In this document: positions 1 to 9,400 of the stretch, in pieces | How positions within the stretch are numbered: the stretch's first letter is position 1 | How the letters are laid out: every line of letters begins with the position of its first letter | Assembly (NCBI GenBank): GCA_031367385.1 | Contig: JANLPS010000022.1 | Location: forward strand, 1-23,094 | Origin: Archangium sp. | GTDB lineage: Bacteria > Myxococcota > Myxococcia > Myxococcales > Myxococcaceae | Length of the DNA: 23,094 nt | Direction: 5' to 3' | Position numbers and translations under genes: made by a program | The notes under the pieces: model-generated | Database searches by the model: none | What the model was told of the DNA's origin: nothing | The model's input: the letters and a program-made list of their open reading frames with translations, nothing else

Positions 1-12
1 GCTGGCCCTGGT

Positions 13-309
13 GGCGCCCTCATCAGCCGCGGGGCGCCTCACTTCAGACGTTTGCACACTGCGATGCCTCCCCGTCGCACCACGTCGCCCTTAAATAAGC
101 AGTGGAGCTGACAACCGAATAGCGAGTCCCGCTGCGAGGCCATCTGTCGCACGGCGTTCACTCTTCAATAAGCCGTTGGTGACCCAACGAGAGCCGTCCG
201 CACGCTGCCGCTCGGTTTCGCAGGCCTTCACGGCGCCTCAAGAAGCCGCCGCGTGGCACTCACGGCGGCCCCACGCACGCTGCGATGCCGCCCCGTCGTA
301 CTACGTCGC
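13..309. repeat. Degenerate tandem repeat, ~73-75 nt period, about 4 units
   Basis: The CTGC core of a gcacRctgcga-like motif recurs at 59, 132, 205 and 280. Copies 54-88 and 275-309 match at 31/35 nt. Linker segments also resemble each other (ttaaataagcagtgg / ttcaataagccgttgg / ctcaagaagccgccg). Confidence 0.65.
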
Positions 310-374
310 TGACCGCAGTCTCTCGCTGCGGACGCCTGTTCGCTCCGAAACGCCTGGAACTCTTCGGAAGTCGC

Positions 375-391
375 CTGGCCCCGCTCTTGAA
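375..391 (+). promoter_or_regulatory. Candidate sigma54 (-24/-12) promoter
   Basis: CTGGCCCCGCTCTTGAA has GG-N10-GA spacing and resembles YTGGCACG-N4-TTGCW, with A in place of C at -12. It lies ~50 nt upstream of ATG 440. Confidence 0.4.
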
Positions 392-439
392 CTGCTCGGC
401 CCCGCGGCGCATGTCGCGCTGTTCGCTGGAGCCCTTGCC

Positions 440-1513
440 ATGAGAGCCGTGAAAGAGACCCGATTCACCGAAAAGAGAAACACCGAGGCCTTGGAGCAGG
501 CGTCCGTGACGATTGTCGGCCTGTCGCGGCTCACAGGTGAGCTCGGCGTGCTCGCAAGCCAGCTCCTCATCTCCGCGCGCCCCGTGTTTCTCCTGGCCGG
601 TGCCTCTGCCGCCGCTGACCTCCGGGCCGCGCACGCCGCCACCCAGACCCGAAAGCAAACTGAGCTGAGGGTCTCCGATTTCAACACGATGGCGCGCAAG
701 TACGGCGCCACCCTCAAGAGTGAATTGCTCACCTCAATCCTCATCCCCTCCCCAGAAGCCGCCTCTCTGATGATCGACGCGCTGAGGGGAACCCACCACC
801 CACTTGCGCTGGGCATCGCCGGCTTGGGGGAGGCGCTGGTCGAGGCGTGGAGCAAAGCCAAGCGGGCTGAGGCCGTCGCCACGACCCGCGCGGCTGCGAG
901 CGGCGAACACTGGTCTGACCTGTACACCGAGCTCATCACGCTCATCCGCGAAGGCCGGGCGCTTCAAACGGCCCGTGGCCTCGAGATACCCAAGAAACGG
1001 CGAAAACCGGGCGGCGGGAGGAAGCCCGCTGGCCCGCGGGTCGAAGCACCACGCGTCGACGCCCCCCTGCCCGCCACGAAAGCGAGCTCGAGCGTGCCCG
1101 GCACGGCGCCGCTCGATATACCGCTCCACGATGCGCACGAAGCTCTACCAACTCGACGCGTTCTCCACCCGTCGCTTCGCGGGCAACCCCGCGGCGGTGA
1201 TGCCGATGCCCGCATTCCCCGACGAGGCGCTGATGCAGGCCCTCGCCGCCGAAAACAACCTCGCCGAGACCGCCTTTCTCGTGCGCGACGGCAACGACTA
1301 TCAGCTGCGCTGGTGTACCCCGCTGGTCGAGGTGCCCCTCTGCGGCCACGCAACCCTGGCCAGCGCCGCGGTCGTCATGGAGCGCCTCGAACCCGGCCGC
1401 ACCACCGTCGTCTTTCACACCAAGAGCGGCCCGCTCACGGTGACTCGCGTCGGCAAAGGCGACGTCATGAACTTCCCCGCGCGGGTGTCAGCCGCCGTCG
1501 CGCCGCCACCTGA
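440..1513 (+). CDS. Hypothetical Ala/Leu-rich helical protein with a basic tail; credible coding part ~440-1130, frame runs on into the PhzF gene
   Basis: GGAG RBS at 428-431 precedes ATG 440. The translation is protein-like up to KKRRKPGGGRKP, then becomes Arg-rich shadow sequence overlapping PhzF by 383 nt. Confidence 0.5.
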   Translation: MRAVKETRFTEKRNTEALEQASVTIVGLSRLTGELGVLASQLLISARPVFLLAGASAAADLRAAHAATQTRKQTELRVSDFNTMARKYGATLKSELLTSILIPSPEAASLMIDALRGTHHPLALGIAGLGEALVEAWSKAKRAEAVATTRAAASGEHWSDLYTELITLIREGRALQTARGLEIPKKRRKPGGGRKPAGPRVEAPRVDAPLPATKASSSVPGTAPLDIPLHDAHEALPTRRVLHPSLRGQPRGGDADARIPRRGADAGPRRRKQPRRDRLSRARRQRLSAALVYPAGRGAPLRPRNPGQRRGRHGAPRTRPHHRRLSHQERPAHGDSRRQRRRHELPRAGVSRRRAAT

Positions 1514-1916
1514 GCTCACCCGCGCCCTCGGCATCGCGCCCGTTGAAGTCTTCGCCGACGCGTTCAACTCCCTCGCGCTGCTCGAGGGCGAACAGGCCGT
1601 TCGCGACCTCACTCCCGACTTCGCGGCCATCGCCCGGCTCAATCGCACCGGCGTCATCGTCACGGCCGCGGGAGCGGAGCCCTTCGACTTCGTCAGCCGC
1701 TCCTTCGCCCCGGCCAAAGGCATCGCCGAAGACCCGGTCACGGGTGGAGCGCACTGCGCCCTGACCCCGTACTGGCCCAAACGGCTCGACAAGACCGAGT
1801 TTCGCGCGTTTCAAGCCTCGCGGCGGGGCGGAGAAATCATCTGCAGGCTCGTCGGCCAGCGCGTCGAGCTCGAGGGCCAGTGCGTGTTCTCCCTCGAGGG
1901 CGAAGTCGACCTCTGA
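1131..1916 (+). CDS. PhzF/YddE family epimerase/isomerase (261 aa)
   Basis: Family motifs DAF...GNPAAV, NLAETAF (catalytic Glu), EVPLCGHATLA and EDPVTGGAH. The family N-terminus begins at ATG 1131 rather than 804. Confidence 0.93.
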   Translation: MRTKLYQLDAFSTRRFAGNPAAVMPMPAFPDEALMQALAAENNLAETAFLVRDGNDYQLRWCTPLVEVPLCGHATLASAAVVMERLEPGRTTVVFHTKSGPLTVTRVGKGDVMNFPARVSAAVAPPPELTRALGIAPVEVFADAFNSLALLEGEQAVRDLTPDFAAIARLNRTGVIVTAAGAEPFDFVSRSFAPAKGIAEDPVTGGAHCALTPYWPKRLDKTEFRAFQASRRGGEIICRLVGQRVELEGQCVFSLEGEVDL

Positions 1917-2005
1917 AATCAGGTCCTCAAACCCGATGACGAAATTGGCTCGCATTTCGAATACCCTCGCACTGGACGTGCCCTCCCCTTGCTCAGGCGA
2001 CCCAC

Positions 2006-3832
2006 ATGAATGGCTCTGCCGACAGTACTGGCACCACGCTCCTCTCTCAGCTCGCACAGATCGCCGCCGAGGCCCAGCGGGCAACGACGGTACAAAAGGT
2101 GCTCGAGACCGCCGGCACCAGCCTCTGGCTCCTGGGGTTTCGGCTCATCGTGGCCCACGTCGAGCAAGGCCGCGCCCAGATTCTCTACCTCTGCGACCCA
2201 GACCACGAGCTGCGGTTCATTCGGGCCATTCTCGACCCGAACGGCACCGGCCTCTCGGCCCCCATCACGCCCGACGGGCCGGTGAGCACGGTGATGGCGC
2301 GAAACCTGCCCGACGCCCTCGACGACCTCGGCGCCTGGCTGACCCGGCTGCTCGCCGACGGGCATCCGCAGCCCCCTGGGGGCCTCGAGGCAGCCCTTCA
2401 CCACGCGGCATTAGACCAGGGCATTCTCGTGCCCGTCACGGTGCGCGGGCAGGCCTGGGGGGTGATCTTGGTGACGGCGCAGTCGGTGAAGCACGAGATG
2501 GTCAACGCCTTTCATCTCTTCGCCGCGCAGCTCGGCTCGGCCATCGAGTCGGCGAGCACCATCGACACACTCGAGCGTCGAAGCCGTGAGCTCGAGGCGC
2601 TCCATGCGCTGGCGAGCGCCGATGCCTCTGGTGACAGCGACGCGCTGGCCAACGAGCTGCTGCGCATCGCCGCGCAGACGACCAGCAGCGACTACGGCAT
2701 TCTCTACGTGCTCAATGCCGACGGGCAGCTGGTGCGGCTCGGCATGCCCTACGGGTATTCAGACCCCGAGCTGACCCGCCGGTACGATCACATGTCGGCC
2801 AACGCGACTCGAACCGGTCAGGTCGCGCAGTCGACGCGCGGGCGGGCCTTGTCAGTCGAGCAGCTGCCGCCGCACATCGGGCCCGAATTGGCGGCGCATG
2901 GGTTTCGCCAGTTTTGCATCGTGCCGCTGCGGCACGGGCAGGTTCGCGGCACCTTGAACCTGGTTCGTTCACGCGAGCAGCCCTACGCAGAAGACGAAGT
3001 TCGGTTCGTCGAGATTCTCGCGGGCCAGGTCGCGGTGCAGATTGAAAACGCCCGTCTCAATCAAGAACAGCGGGCGCGGGTGGCCGAGCTCAAAGCGAGC
3101 TACGAGCGTCTCGAGCGCACCCAGAGCGAGCTCGTGCTGCATGAGCGCCTGGCGGCCCTGGGTGAGTTGTCTGCGGCGATGGCGCATGAGCTGCGCAACC
3201 CGTTGGGGGCCATCTTCAATGCCCTCAGCGCACTTCGTCGCAAGTTGCCCAAGCCGCCTGAGACGGCCGACCTCGAACGAATCATCGCCGAAGAATCTGA
3301 CCGCCTGAACCGAATCGTGGGAGACCTGCTCGACTTCGCGAAGCCCTACACCGTGGAGCGCGTGACGACCACGGTCGAGGCCTTCATCGAAGACGCGATC
3401 GAAGGGGCCTCGCAGGTGGCGCGCGAAGCCTCAGTCACCTTGACCTCCCAGCTCGCCCCATCGCTGCCGCCGGTCGAAGTCGACACCCGAATGATTCACC
3501 AGGCGCTGCTCAACCTGGTGATCAACGCGATTCAAGCGAGCTCAGCAGGGAGCACCGTCTGCGTTCGCGCTCGCCGCGACGACGAGGGCAAGGGCGTGAC
3601 GATCGAGGTCGAAGATCGAGGCAGCGGCGTGCCGCATGAGCTCAGAGAGCGCATCTTTCAACCCTTCTTCACCACCAAGCCGACCGGCACGGGGCTCGGG
3701 CTGCCCATCGTCGCGCGAATCATGGAGGCCCACGGCGGCTCGATTCACCTCGACGCCTCACCGAAACAAGGCGTCATCTTTCGCGCGCGCATACCGATGA
3801 TGGGTCAGCAAGCACTCGCACCAGGGGCGTGA
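2006..3832 (+). CDS. Cytoplasmic GAF-GAF sensor histidine kinase (HisKA + HATPase_c)
   Basis: H-box AHELRNPL (His codon 3185), N-box NLVINAIQA, G1 DRGSG, F-box IFQPFFTTK and G2 GTGLGL. Two GAF-like segments (ILVPVTVRGQAWGVI; CIVPLRHGQVRGTLNL) are followed by a coiled coil. Confidence 0.95.
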   Translation: MNGSADSTGTTLLSQLAQIAAEAQRATTVQKVLETAGTSLWLLGFRLIVAHVEQGRAQILYLCDPDHELRFIRAILDPNGTGLSAPITPDGPVSTVMARNLPDALDDLGAWLTRLLADGHPQPPGGLEAALHHAALDQGILVPVTVRGQAWGVILVTAQSVKHEMVNAFHLFAAQLGSAIESASTIDTLERRSRELEALHALASADASGDSDALANELLRIAAQTTSSDYGILYVLNADGQLVRLGMPYGYSDPELTRRYDHMSANATRTGQVAQSTRGRALSVEQLPPHIGPELAAHGFRQFCIVPLRHGQVRGTLNLVRSREQPYAEDEVRFVEILAGQVAVQIENARLNQEQRARVAELKASYERLERTQSELVLHERLAALGELSAAMAHELRNPLGAIFNALSALRRKLPKPPETADLERIIAEESDRLNRIVGDLLDFAKPYTVERVTTTVEAFIEDAIEGASQVAREASVTLTSQLAPSLPPVEVDTRMIHQALLNLVINAIQASSAGSTVCVRARRDDEGKGVTIEVEDRGSGVPHELRERIFQPFFTTKPTGTGLGLPIVARIMEAHGGSIHLDASPKQGVIFRARIPMMGQQALAPGA

Positions 3833-3839
3833 CCACCCG

Positions 3840-5387
3840 CTACTCTTGCGGCCGCAGGGTCAACTGCAGCTTGGTGGTCTGATCGGCCACGATCTCGACC
3901 TTTTGCGTGCTGAAGATGTGTGCGCCCTCATTGACCAGCTCGAGGGTGTGCTGGCCCGCCGGCAGCTTCTTTCGATTCAGCGGTACGAGCCCGTAGAGTT
4001 GCCCGTCAATCGACACCTTGGTCCACGGTTTCGTGTCGATGGTCAGGTAGCCCACCCCCGAGGGCTTCGGAGCTGCCGGAGTGGATTTGACGACGGGCAC
4101 CACCACCGGCGCGGGCATGGGCGCCGCCACGTCGGGCACGACGGCCTTGACCACCACCGGCGCCGGCGCAGCGATGACCAGCGGTGGCGGAGGTGGCGGA
4201 GGCGCCGGAAGTGGCGTCACCGTTGGCGGCTTTCGGTGACCCGCGGAGACGACGGTCACCGCCAGAACGCTCACGAGCAACAGCACCGCCGCGACCCGCC
4301 CCGCAGTGAAGAGCGTCGGCTTGGCCGAGCCTGTGAGATCGCTGAGCGAAATGGGCACGGTCGTTGGAGCCTCCGTGACCTCATCGGCCTTGAAGGGGTG
4401 CACCGCGGTGCCGGGCGACCGTACGGGCACCGGCGAGACGAGCGCCCTGGCGTTCGACGCCACCCGATTCACGAAGCCGTCGACGTCGATCGCCGCCATC
4501 ACCTTGCTGAGCTCATTCTGATCGCTGCCGAGACCCCGCAGAGCCGCGTCGAGCGCCTCGACGACGCGCTCGCACGATTCGAAGCGCTTCGCAGGGTCAC
4601 GCTCGAGCATGCGCATCACGATTGTTTCGAGCTCGGCCGGGCAGGGCCGCTCCGCGCTCGAAGGCGAGAGAATGGGCGCCTCCGAAAAGAGGTTCAGAAC
4701 GGCCACGTCGCTCGCCGCTTTGAACAGCCTTCGACCCGAGAGCAGCTCCCAGAAGACGATGCCGAGCGAGAATTGATCAGACAGCGCTGTCGACTGCCCG
4801 AGCACCTGCTCAGGCGCAAGGTACCCGGTGGTGCCCTTCACGGTGCCAGTCGCGGTCTTCTGCGACGTTCGGTGGGCCCCTCGGGCGATGCCGAAGTCGA
4901 GCACCTTCACCAGGCCGTCTTCGCGAACCATGATGTTTCGAGGCGTGACATCGCGGTGCACGATGGTCAGCGGTGCCCCATGCTCATCGGCGGCCACGTG
5001 CGCGTGATTCAGCCCCGCGCCTGCCTCCCGAATGATGCGCGCCGCCACGGTCGCGCTGAGCGCCACCCCATCGTCGGCCGCGGCGGTTCGCAGCGTTGCC
5101 AGGTCCAAGCCGCGCACGTACTCCATGACCAGAAAGTAGGTCCCGTGCCACCGGCCGACTTCGTAGATCGAGATGATGTTGGGGTGGTTGAGCCGCGCCA
5201 CCAACCGGGCTTCGTCGAGAAACTGCGACACGAAGCTCTCTTCTTGGGCCAGGCCGGCCAGCAGTGCCTTGAGCACGACGGGCCTCTCGAAGACGCCCTT
5301 CTGCATGCCGAAGAAGATCTCGCCCATGCCGCCCACCGCGAGACGCTGGCGAAGCTCGTACTTGTCGAAGACGAGCCCAGCGCTCAT
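3840..5387 (-). CDS. Membrane Hanks-type Ser/Thr protein kinase with Pro-rich linker and C-terminal PEGA-like domain
   Basis: Kinase motifs LAVGGMGEI, VVLK, HRDVTPRN, DFG and GTTGYLAPE. TM segment VAAVLLLVSVLAVTVVSA, poly-Pro linker, PEGA-like GYLTIDTKPWTKVSIDG. ATGA overlap with the upstream gene. Confidence 0.95.
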   Translation of the reverse strand: MSAGLVFDKYELRQRLAVGGMGEIFFGMQKGVFERPVVLKALLAGLAQEESFVSQFLDEARLVARLNHPNIISIYEVGRWHGTYFLVMEYVRGLDLATLRTAAADDGVALSATVAARIIREAGAGLNHAHVAADEHGAPLTIVHRDVTPRNIMVREDGLVKVLDFGIARGAHRTSQKTATGTVKGTTGYLAPEQVLGQSTALSDQFSLGIVFWELLSGRRLFKAASDVAVLNLFSEAPILSPSSAERPCPAELETIVMRMLERDPAKRFESCERVVEALDAALRGLGSDQNELSKVMAAIDVDGFVNRVASNARALVSPVPVRSPGTAVHPFKADEVTEAPTTVPISLSDLTGSAKPTLFTAGRVAAVLLLVSVLAVTVVSAGHRKPPTVTPLPAPPPPPPPLVIAAPAPVVVKAVVPDVAAPMPAPVVVPVVKSTPAAPKPSGVGYLTIDTKPWTKVSIDGQLYGLVPLNRKKLPAGQHTLELVNEGAHIFSTQKVEIVADQTTKLQLTLRPQE

Positions 5388-6454
5388 TTCGCCTGGTCGA
5401 AGTTCGTGAACGTCGCGAGGAGTGCGCTGGTGACGAGCCCCACGCCCGTCGAAATGACGAGCACGTTCGTCGCGACCCCCAGCCGATCACCTTCGCGGCC
5501 GCGAGCAACCACCTCTGCACCAGACCCGGTGCCTTGCCCCAGGGCCCGGTACTCAGCCTGTTTGAAGTTGAACAGAATGCCCAAGGTCGCCGCTGCCAAC
5601 CCGAGCACGACGGTCGCGCCCGCGCTGGCGACGAAGGCCTTGAACGGCACCGGCTTTGGCCGTTCGATCAACAAGCGGCCTGGCAGCACGCGCAAGGTCA
5701 ATGGCGACGCCGCCGCGCCCTGCGTCACCAGCGGGCCGGTCGTGTCAGCCGTCGTGACGAAATATTCGAGCTCGAAGCCCTGATCACTGGCGGTCACGTC
5801 GGCGGGCATCGACCCCACCCAGTCGCCGCCTTCGCGACGGGCCAACGCGAGCGACGAATACTCGCGCTCTCCGCGTCGACGGTAGGGCAGCTGAACCGCG
5901 GCCACGACACCGCTCGGGTCTTTGACGTGAAACGACAGCGGCACCGGCACGCCCCCCTGAACCTCTTTCGGCAAACGGCCTGTCAGCTCGAGCGAAGCGA
6001 GCAGGCGCTCCCGCTCGACGCCGACCAGCTGCTCAGCGAGGGCCCGCTCCTCGGCCTGAACCTTTCGAAAGACCGAGATGATCTTCGGCGTGAGGTCTGA
6101 AGGCAGCTCGTAGGTCGGCTTCAAGCGAAGCAGCGTGCGAAACACCGGCTCCGCATCGACCGGGTCTTGCACGATGCCGATGAGGCAGCCCTGAATGCGC
6201 AGCGCCTCGAGCCGCTGGGGCAGCGCCAGGTCGGGCCGGGCCAACAGCGCAGCCACGGCTTCGAGCGCGACCTCGTATTCAAGGCCTTCGTACAAAGCCT
6301 GCACTTTCAGCGCGAGCTCAGGCGTCGGCACGCCCTCGGTGAGCACCTCTTTCGCGGCGGGGTGGGCTTTGGGGGCCGCGCGCTTCGGGGCGGCCGCCTG
6401 CGACGGCAACGCGAGCGAGAACGCCACGGCGATCGCCAGACGGGTCACCCTCAT
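5384..6454 (-). CDS. Exported TPR-like / Ig-like protein with C-terminal membrane helices (356 aa)
   Basis: ATG 6454 overlaps the upstream TGA (ATGA). Signal peptide MRVTRLAIAVAFSLALPSQAAA, TPR-like helices (LYEGLEYEVALEAV...LRLKPTYELP...PKI), a beta-rich middle and two hydrophobic C-terminal segments. Confidence 0.8.
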   Translation of the reverse strand: MRVTRLAIAVAFSLALPSQAAAPKRAAPKAHPAAKEVLTEGVPTPELALKVQALYEGLEYEVALEAVAALLARPDLALPQRLEALRIQGCLIGIVQDPVDAEPVFRTLLRLKPTYELPSDLTPKIISVFRKVQAEERALAEQLVGVERERLLASLELTGRLPKEVQGGVPVPLSFHVKDPSGVVAAVQLPYRRRGEREYSSLALARREGGDWVGSMPADVTASDQGFELEYFVTTADTTGPLVTQGAAASPLTLRVLPGRLLIERPKPVPFKAFVASAGATVVLGLAAATLGILFNFKQAEYRALGQGTGSGAEVVARGREGDRLGVATNVLVISTGVGLVTSALLATFTNFDQAK

Positions 6455-9400
6455 CGCAGCCTCAACGTGAGCGTCAGCTGCGGCGCATCGACGGTGATTC
6501 GGCTCAAGCCGAGGCCGTTGGCAGCCAGCGGGCGGAGCGCAAACGCGACCTCTCCCGAGCCTCCCGCGAGGCGCGCGATCAGCTTTGGGTCGGTGGTCGA
6601 AAACACCAGTCTCTGGGGCGCATCGGCCGCCGCGGTGCCGCTCAGCCCGGTCGACACCCACCCGCCGCTGTCGCGCTCGAAGACCGTGAAGCCATCGGGG
6701 CCCGCGCCAGAAGCCCCGGCGACGACCTCGAAGGTCAGCGCCGTGATGTTCGCTCCGGCTGGCAATTGCCCAATCGAGAACCGCACCTCGACTTGAGGCC
6801 GCTGCCGGGCGATGTCGAGCTCCCACAGGCGGCCAACGTCGGCGCCCGGGCCGCGCTCGATGAGCGAGGTGACCTGGGCGATCGACCGATGCGCGACCAA
6901 TGGAGGCAAATTGACCAGTGGCGCCCCATCGCCCTCGGGGTCTGCGATGGGCACGACGCTCCAGGCCCCGTGGGCCAGCTCGAAGACCGTGTTGGCCCCA
7001 ACCAGCGCGGGGTACGTGCCCCCCGAGACGACGAGGGGGGTCATGCGGGCGACGTCGTAGACCAGCGCGAAGGGCGCGAACACCGCGGGCAGCGCAGGGC
7101 CAGCGGTGACCCATGACGCCGACACGAACGCGGCCGCAGACGCGGCGTTGGCGATGCCCACCACCAGGGCGCCTCCATCGGGCAGAGCCGCGCTCACCTG
7201 TTGGTTGAAGGGAGGCGAGAATACGATCGGGTTGGCCAGCGCTCCGCCGACGAAGCGCCCGACAGCGGCGTTATCGACGATTGCGCGAAGCTCGCCACCG
7301 CCAAAGTACAAGCCCTTCACGCGATCTCCGACGACGCCGATGTTGGCCGACTGTTGCGACCACCCGCCATCTTGGCCGACGGCCCACAATTGCGCCGCAC
7401 CCCCACCGAGGGGGCCGACCAGTGACGTCTGCTGCCCGTTCGAGTCGCACGCCAGCCAGGCGCCGAGGCTCGCCGAGCCGACCTCGATACTGGCGGGTGA
7501 CCAGCCTGCGGTCTCATCGAGCGTGGCGATCGAAAGCGACGACAACGCGGCATTGGCGGCGACGGTCACCAGGGTGTCGCCGACGCTGATCATGTTCGAC
7601 GAGACGAGCTTCTCGGGCCCGGGCGCGATTCGGTTCTCACGAGCCCAGGCCGTCCCGTCCCACACCCAGGTCTCGTCGCTGTTCGCCGCGCTCGAGCGGC
7701 CTCCGAAGAGCACGGCCTTGTTTCGAGCCTCATCGAAGACGAGCTGATGCTGCGCTCGAACGCCGGGGGCACCGAGCACCAGCCGTTGCTGCCAGGCGGT
7801 GCCAGTCCACTCCCAGGTATCGGAAAGGTCGTTGCCGGTGCGGTTCGTGCCTCCGTACAGCACCAGGCGCTTGCGGCGCGAGTCCCACGCGAGGGCGCTG
7901 GCGGTTCGCGGTGGGGGGCCTGCTGACGCAAGCAAGGTCCACTTGCCGCCGGCGAATTGCCACAGGTCGCCCAACGCGCTGTCAGCCGAGGCCGAAGCCG
8001 CGCCACCGAACAGCCACGAGACGCCGGTGTTGGGGTCGGTGGCGATGGCGCCGAGCGCGCGCGCGGGAGGAAACCCGGTCGCATCGACGTTCGACCACAC
8101 GCCAGAGGGTGACAACCGCTCGGCGCTGACTTCAGTGCCGCCGTCGGCGCCGAGCCCGCCGAACGCGAGCAGACCGCCGCCAACCGGGTCTGGCACCATC
8201 GCTCCGCCGAGGCGGCGAACCGTGGCGTCTGGCAGCCGGGCCCAGCTCGACCCGTTCCACGACCAGGTGTCGTTCAAGACGTCGACCTGCGAGCCGCCCA
8301 TCATCACTACCGCTCGGCGCTGCCAGTCCCACGTGGTTTGCGGGGCGAGGCGGGCCGTGGGTGCCCCATCGCCCTCGGGGTCGATGATCTCCGGGTCGAG
8401 CCAGTCGTGCCCGAGCCACTCCCACAGCGCGCCGCCCGGCTTGCCGCCCCTGGCCCCGCCAAAGCGCACGATGCGTGAGCGCAGAGGGTCCCACACGGCG
8501 GCGGGGTACTCGGTGCCGTCTGGCGCGAGCGTGACGTTGCGCCGACGCCAGGTGCCCGCACCCGCGGCCGTGACCGATGCGCCCCCACGTACGGTGATGC
8601 CGTCGTCAGCTCCCCGCTCAGTCGAAGGAAAACCCTCGAGCCCATCAGCCGCCGCGCGAACGACTTGAAAGCGGTGGGGGTTTTCGAACTGCGAGCCGGC
8701 CCGTTTGCCGCCGAAGCTGGCGACCCACTCGAGGCTCTTCACCGCCACCCACGGTGACTCGTTGCCCGCCGAGTCAATCGCCTGCAGCTCGACCGCATCG
8801 TTCACCACCGGCAGCACGAGGGGCTCGAAGTCGCCCTGCGCTCCAACGGCAGCCAAAGGGGTCACCAGGCCCGCACTCAAGCGAGCCCGAACGTACTGCG
8901 CGTCAGTCACCCCGCCGTCGTTTTCCAGCACCAGCGACGGCGCGTTGCCCAACGCGTCACCCCACGGCGCCGAGCGAATGCTCATTCGGCCTTCACTCGG
9001 AGCGACCGGTGAATCGACATCGACGCTCAGCTGCGGGGGTTGCGCCACCTGCGTTGTGTTGCGCGCAAGGTCGACGAGCACGAGGTTGATCGTCACCACG
9101 CCGCTGCGCGCACCGTCAGCAGTCGAGCAGTCAACGTCGTAGATCGTGTCGGCCACCGCGGTGACCGTGCACCCCAACGCCACTGCCGTGCCATCGAGGG
9201 CGGTCGGAGAGACTTCTGGCGGCTCGGCCAGCACTTCACTCATGGTCAACCGAAGGTGCGCAATCGAGCGAGGCCCCAGCGTGCTCGGCGCGACCACCGG
9301 GTTGCCAGCCCTCGGCGAAATCGTGAGATTGGCGGTCAGCAAGGTCGGCGCGGTCTCATCGAGCAGCGCGCTGTTGACACACAGGGCGAGCCCGCTCTGA

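Noticed and set aside
13..309. CRISPR array
   Set aside because: The period is CRISPR-like, but the repeats are very degenerate, the 'spacers' resemble each other and no cas genes are present.
1131..1916. Phenazine biosynthesis cluster
   Set aside because: No other phz genes are present, and stand-alone PhzF-like genes are widespread.
4930..4960. Pseudokinase call because HRDVTPRN lacks the catalytic-loop Lys (likewise DLG in the STAND kinase)
   Set aside because: HRDV(S/T)PxN and DLG are common variants, and the other catalytic residues are present.
3846..5783. 645-aa plus-strand ORF and other long antisense or alternate-frame ORFs (e.g. 5384-7114 extension, 21929-23092)
   Set aside because: These are shadow frames of high-GC genes, Arg/Gly-rich and without recognisable motifs.
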